From positions 1-51,009 of the forward strand of contig CAZWEM010000034.1 in NCBI GenBank assembly GCA_964632315.1: DNA of 51,009 bases. The letters run 5' to 3'. Source of the DNA: an uncultured archaeon (lineage in GTDB: Archaea > Asgardarchaeota > Lokiarchaeia > Sigyniarchaeales > SOKP01). The position numbers and the translations under genes were made by a program. Shown piece by piece: positions 46,944-51,009 of this stretch; the first letter of the stretch is position 1, and every line of letters starts with the position of its first letter. The notes under the pieces are model-generated. The model ran no database searches. It was given only the letters and a program-made list of their open reading frames with translations, and was not told the DNA's origin.

Positions 46944-47852
46944 GTGCAGAAATCTAAATCGAGTCACCATCAATTTTATGAAAGAGAAAATTGTTGCGAT
47001 AATCCGAGTTATAGAATTAAGAATGGACAAATAGTGTGTATCAATTGCGGAATGATTTCAGGACAGTGCTTTGTCACCCATGAAAAAAGAGCTTATACAA
47101 AATTAGAGGTTAATAATAGGAGACACAATGAACCCGCTTGGAGAGAATTTGGTCCAAGAACAATGTTATCAACAAATAACTGTGATTTCCAAGGAAAAAC
47201 TTTGAGTGCTAAGAGCCGAACTTTGATGACAAGATTGATAAAAATCCAAAGATCATTAGTAAATTCATTAGAACGAAATTTTTGGGAAGCAAAGCCAAAA
47301 TTGAAAAAACTTGCTTATAAAATTAACATACCAGCTTATATTCAAGATACCGCTTGGAGAATATATTGCGAGGTTGCAAAAAAGAGATTAACAATGGGGA
47401 GGTCAATTGATGGATTTGTAAGTGCCTCCTTGTATGCTGCGATTAGAGTTCATGGGTATCCCAAATTACTTGAAGAAGTGTGTGAAGGTTCAATGGTACC
47501 CCAACGTACCTTCTTTCGTTCCTTAGGAATGATTGTCAGAGATATATTACCCATTTTGGATTATCATTACCAACCGATTTCTGAAGACCAGCTTATTTTC
47601 TTGATTGGGAATAAGCTAGGTTTTCCGATGGATGTACAGATGGAAGCGCTTAAAATAATGAATCGTGCTTTTAAGAACAATTCTGCCACAATCGGAAAAG
47701 ATCCTAAGGGTATAGCTGCTTCAACCCTTTATGTAGCTGCTAAGAGATTCCACATGAATAAAACTCAAACGGAAATTTCAGATGCAGCAAAAATCACGGA
47801 AGTAACTCTAAGAAGTCGGTTAAACGATATCAAACATTTTATAAGCTATTAA
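46944..47852 (+). CDS. tfb: Transcription initiation factor IIB (TFB) paralogue
   Basis: Zinc ribbon CC...VCINCG; two cyclin repeats (GRSI...A.LY.A.R; GKDPKGIAA..LY); C-terminal TQ.EI..AA.ITEVTLRSR. Confidence 0.92.
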   Translation: MQKSKSSHHQFYERENCCDNPSYRIKNGQIVCINCGMISGQCFVTHEKRAYTKLEVNNRRHNEPAWREFGPRTMLSTNNCDFQGKTLSAKSRTLMTRLIKIQRSLVNSLERNFWEAKPKLKKLAYKINIPAYIQDTAWRIYCEVAKKRLTMGRSIDGFVSASLYAAIRVHGYPKLLEEVCEGSMVPQRTFFRSLGMIVRDILPILDYHYQPISEDQLIFLIGNKLGFPMDVQMEALKIMNRAFKNNSATIGKDPKGIAASTLYVAAKRFHMNKTQTEISDAAKITEVTLRSRLNDIKHFISY

Positions 47853-47961
47853 AGAAAGTGAAATTGCATCCTCCTCATTAAGATTTTTTATGACTCATCT
47901 TAAAAACTTTTAAGAATATAATGATCTTAAAATAGAATAATTAGAACTAAGTGTGAAAAAA

Positions 47962-48183
47962 ATGACCAATGTGAAAAAATGGGAGGATAACGATCTTTGG
48001 GTTGAAATTGATTTAGATTTATGCGTTGGCGCTGAAGAATGCATTAACGTGTGCCCAGCAGAGGTGTACGACCTCGTGGATGGAAAAGTTATTGCAGAAA
48101 ACATCGGAGAATGCACTGAATGCATGGCTTGTCAGGATGTATGCCCTACTGGAGCAATATTGAGGCATTCTGCTTGGACTTAA
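47962..48183 (+). CDS. Dicluster-type 4Fe-4S ferredoxin
   Basis: CVGAEECINVCP and CTECMACQDVCP. Confidence 0.92.
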   Translation: MTNVKKWEDNDLWVEIDLDLCVGAEECINVCPAEVYDLVDGKVIAENIGECTECMACQDVCPTGAILRHSAWT

Positions 48184-48347
48184 TACCATTAAAAGAATTA
48201 GGAGAGTTTCTCAATAGATTTTTAAAATGCATTGATTTAAGTTAGAAAAAACTCATCATCATTTTTTATTTTTTAATGCTTATTCTTGATTAAATTTGGA
48301 CTCCAATTTTTTTTTTAATATATTTGTTTATTTTAGAGTTAAAGGAA

Positions 48348-48455
48348 ATGTCAATATCAATTCCTTTATGGGGTGGGATTTTAATCGTACTTTCTTATTC
48401 CATTGCTTTTATAATACTCGGTATTGTAATATTTCAAAAGAAGACTAAATTTTAA
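48348..48455 (+). other. 35-aa single-TM small ORF or remnant of a permease C-terminus
   Basis: MSISIPLWGGILIVLSYSIAFIILGIVIFQKKTKF*, preceded by AAGGA. Confidence 0.4.
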
Positions 48456-48589
48456 TGTCTCTATTAATAATGTATGAATAATTAGAAAATTGCCAATCAA
48501 GTATGATTATCCAGTATTAGACTTAAGAACTAGTTTTATATAGAAAATATGTTTATTCTTCATTATTAAAACTTTAAAGGATAAAAAAA

Positions 48590-49384
48590 ATGATATTTCC
48601 TTCCTATCTAATCGTTTTACTGTATTTTTCTTTTTATACTCTTTTACTTGTTGGCATAGTAATTTTATTTCGAATGATACAAAAAAAGATGGTTAATCTT
48701 TTAGGTTTATTTCTCTTCTTCATTTTATTTGCCCTTCAAACAAATCCTCCCGCTTTTTTGCCCGATTACTTCATTATAATATTTGCATATTTTGCCCTCT
48801 TTTGCTTAGCTTTTTTTATAAAATTTACTTTTTATCAACGAAGAAAAAGCTTGTTTCCCTTAATTATTGTATTATTGACTATTTTGAGAGGTTTAGAACT
48901 TATATTAAAATTGATATTTAACTTTCAACCCGGTTTTTCATATCCTTCAAATCCAGGAGAAATCCCATATTTTTTCGTATATATACTTGTAATAGTATCT
49001 CAATCATTACTTGTAATGGTGTGGTATTCGTATTCAGTCTTTAAAAGTTATAATAATTTTAGAAAGCTCAAGATAGGGGTATGGCTAAAGATACGATACT
49101 TAATGTTGGGAATAAGTACGATAATATTTTCGATAGACACCTCTCTCTCAATTTTACTTGTAATCGATAACTTTTTGATCATTTTATTCTTAGCTTATGC
49201 TTCAATTTTCGATATCTTGCTATTTACAGTGGTCAATTTTATCGCGTGGGTTATCCCTTTTAAATCGTTAATTCAATATGTTAAGGGTGAAACCAAAGAA
49301 AAGTTAGATGATATTAGTGAAGCAAAAATTATAGGAAAGGTAAAGTCTGAGCTTTCGGAGGATAAACAAGGTGGAAATTCTTAA
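48590..49384 (+). CDS. Seven-TM membrane protein of unknown function
   Basis: About 7 hydrophobic helices, FTFY.RRK loop, W..P after the last helix, charged cytoplasmic tail. Confidence 0.75.
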   Translation: MIFPSYLIVLLYFSFYTLLLVGIVILFRMIQKKMVNLLGLFLFFILFALQTNPPAFLPDYFIIIFAYFALFCLAFFIKFTFYQRRKSLFPLIIVLLTILRGLELILKLIFNFQPGFSYPSNPGEIPYFFVYILVIVSQSLLVMVWYSYSVFKSYNNFRKLKIGVWLKIRYLMLGISTIIFSIDTSLSILLVIDNFLIILFLAYASIFDILLFTVVNFIAWVIPFKSLIQYVKGETKEKLDDISEAKIIGKVKSELSEDKQGGNS

Positions 49385-49640
49385 CTTATTAGCTTCCATA
49401 ATTTCAAAGGAGATAAGTATAAGTTTTCCCGCAGCTCGGGGGCTTTTAAAGTTGTCAATAATAGATGAATTTGGTCCCTTTAAAGCACTCAAAGAAATTA
49501 AATTTTCGGACATGACATTAGTAGTCAATGAATCTTTGAAAAAACGGTTAATCGACCTCAATGTAAAAAATTACGCACAACTCATATCTATCCTAATTGT
49601 TGAACTGAAAAATAATCAATCTCTATTTACACTTGGTTAA
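49371..49640 (+). CDS. Small helical soluble protein overlapping the 7TM gene
   Basis: GTG start overlaps the upstream 3' end by 14 nt and follows GGAGG; amphipathic helices, AARGLLKLSI.DE.GP. Confidence 0.7.
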   Translation: MEILNLLASIISKEISISFPAARGLLKLSIIDEFGPFKALKEIKFSDMTLVVNESLKKRLIDLNVKNYAQLISILIVELKNNQSLFTLG

Positions 49641-49744
49641 TGAATAATTGGAAAGATAAAAAAAATTGAAGTGAGTTTAGCATTTCTATATCTTGCTCTT
49701 GTTTTGCTAATAATACTCACTTTAATTTACATAAAGGTTTTAAA

Positions 49745-50764
49745 TTAGTTATATAGACTATTTTTATCCAAGATCAAAAGACGGTTAAGCCCCATTATGC
49801 AACCAAGTACATAGATGTTATTACCTTGAATTTCTACGGCATCAATTTGTGAAAAGGGAGGATTGTACGAATATATCTGAATTGGATTTAATAAATCAGA
49901 TAAATTATACACTAAAAAGCCATCTTTCCCCGAAGTACAATATAAGAGATCAGAATCAATCCAAACTTTCTCAATGTCTCTTGAGTCAATCTTCCAAATT
50001 AATTCTGGAATAAAAGGGTTGGAGATGTTGATTGCATACAAGTTGTGGTTATATTTGTATGGATCCTCGGTAAAGTTATCGAAATGATCAGTAATAAAAG
50101 CTACATCGCCATAAATTTCAATGCATTGACCAGCATGCCTTCTTATTCCTTTATCAAAATATGTAGATACAATACTAATATTGTTAGGATTGCTTAAATT
50201 GACGATGGTTAACAATGCGGGACCACCTACGATGTAACCAAAATTATCTTTTATCGTAAAATCTTTAGACCAAGATATCACAGCATTCCTTTCGGATATT
50301 AATGAAAGTTCGTTTGGGGAAGAGAAATTATACACGGCAAATTCTCCCGAATGCAGGGTATTAGGTGATCGAATCGAGTAAAGGAGTCCATCACGTAACG
50401 CAACGGTACCACCTTGAGATAATATATTTAAAACCGCTGGATTATATGGATCGTTAACATCAATAATCTGAAGATTTCCATCTCCTTCTTGCAAAAATAA
50501 AAATCCTTGTTCATACAATATCCATTGTGGGTTTAACATGTCTATTATTTTATAAATATTTGGGGTTGAAGGATTACTCACATCGATGATTGTTAATGAT
50601 TCATCGCATACATAAACAAAATCTCCGTTCACTTCCATATCTTTTATACCTCCTGGTAATCCAGTTACGTTTCCTACAGCAAAGAAATTAGGAAATAAGA
50701 AAAAAACTGGAATAGCTCCTATAATGGAGATCAAACCTAAGGTTAACGCTGTTTTTTTTAACAT
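49745..50764 (-). CDS. LVIVD-repeat beta-propeller secreted/surface protein
   Basis: Signal anchor; repeated L.IIDVS.P..P units; GGAGG RBS. Confidence 0.85.
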   Translation of the reverse strand: MLKKTALTLGLISIIGAIPVFFLFPNFFAVGNVTGLPGGIKDMEVNGDFVYVCDESLTIIDVSNPSTPNIYKIIDMLNPQWILYEQGFLFLQEGDGNLQIIDVNDPYNPAVLNILSQGGTVALRDGLLYSIRSPNTLHSGEFAVYNFSSPNELSLISERNAVISWSKDFTIKDNFGYIVGGPALLTIVNLSNPNNISIVSTYFDKGIRRHAGQCIEIYGDVAFITDHFDNFTEDPYKYNHNLYAINISNPFIPELIWKIDSRDIEKVWIDSDLLYCTSGKDGFLVYNLSDLLNPIQIYSYNPPFSQIDAVEIQGNNIYVLGCIMGLNRLLILDKNSLYN

Positions 50765-50885
50765 ATTGCCCTCCTATTTTTGTTATTCAAGATTTAATTA
50801 TTTTTTGGTTATTTAAACTTTTAGACAAAAAATATGCTATACAAATCAAGATTTATGGTTTAAATTTTTGTGAGATCTAAAGCCA

Positions 50886-50901
50886 TTTCAGCTTGCTGAA
50901 A
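50886..50901. promoter_or_regulatory. 16-bp inverted repeat, possible operator
   Basis: TTTCAGC-TT-GCTGAAA between divergent genes. Confidence 0.3.
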
Positions 50902-50953
50902 GTTCGTTTTTCATCCCTATTCCCAATTTTGCTAATAATTTATATAATTCTAT

Positions 50954-51009
50954 TCAAAAATAACGTGCCATTTATGGTTTGATAAAGAAGCTAAAGAAGC
51001 TGCTGAGTT
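50954..51009 (+). CDS. 5' fragment of a VOC/PhnB (3-demethylubiquinone-9 3-methyltransferase-like) gene; no canonical start
   Basis: Frame reads SKITCHLWFDKEAKEAAE, matching the family N-terminus (M.KITP.LWFD..A.EAA.FY). In-frame TAA at 50945 and no ATG/GTG/TTG before the motif. Confidence 0.6.

Noticed and set aside
48590-49384. 7TM protein as a rhodopsin (schizo- or heliorhodopsin)
   Set aside because: No DxxxK or SxxxK retinal-binding lysine in helix 7.
1076-49561. Many short ORF-track entries antisense to or nested in long genes (e.g. 1076-1321, 14311-14634, 18177-18572, 23542-23919, 34301-34615, 39554-39970, 47910-48125)
   Set aside because: Shadow ORFs of well-supported genes, with no motifs or RBS; their S/F/L-rich composition mirrors E/K-rich sense strands.

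Overview
AT-rich archaeal chromosomal window whose gene content strongly suggests an Asgard archaeon of the Lokiarchaeia type. This is an inference from a Rab-like GTPase, a roadblock plus longin-GTPase pair, a eukaryote-style E1 enzyme, an LRR protein, a TFB paralogue and GGAG/GAGGTGA ribosome-binding sites. 1-18 kb is a surface-glycosylation locus: a NosD/CASH beta-helix surface protein, three GT-C-like membrane proteins, four GT2s, two Wzx/MOP flippases, a candidate nonulosonate/sialyl-type transferase, an O-acetyltransferase and two NDP-sugar epimerases. 18-51 kb mixes housekeeping genes (aspartokinase, WrbA, RACo/ASKHA, alkaline phosphatase, subtilase, HAD, J-domain, ferredoxin) with eukaryotic-signature-like genes. 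The best candidates for new biology are: (i) a roadblock gene paired with a longin-ArfGTPase-helical bundle-proline-rich-coiled-coil protein; (ii) a 2345-aa rod of 20 TPR/MIT-like units with a higher-order super-repeat; (iii) an orphan UBA2/UBA3-like E1 with a helical insert and a probable C-terminal ubiquitin-fold domain; (iv) at least three genes that seem to start at ATT/ATA; (v) a 7TM protein overlapping a small soluble partner. No rRNA, tRNA, CRISPR array or mobile element was recognised. All calls come from motif recognition by eye, without database searches.
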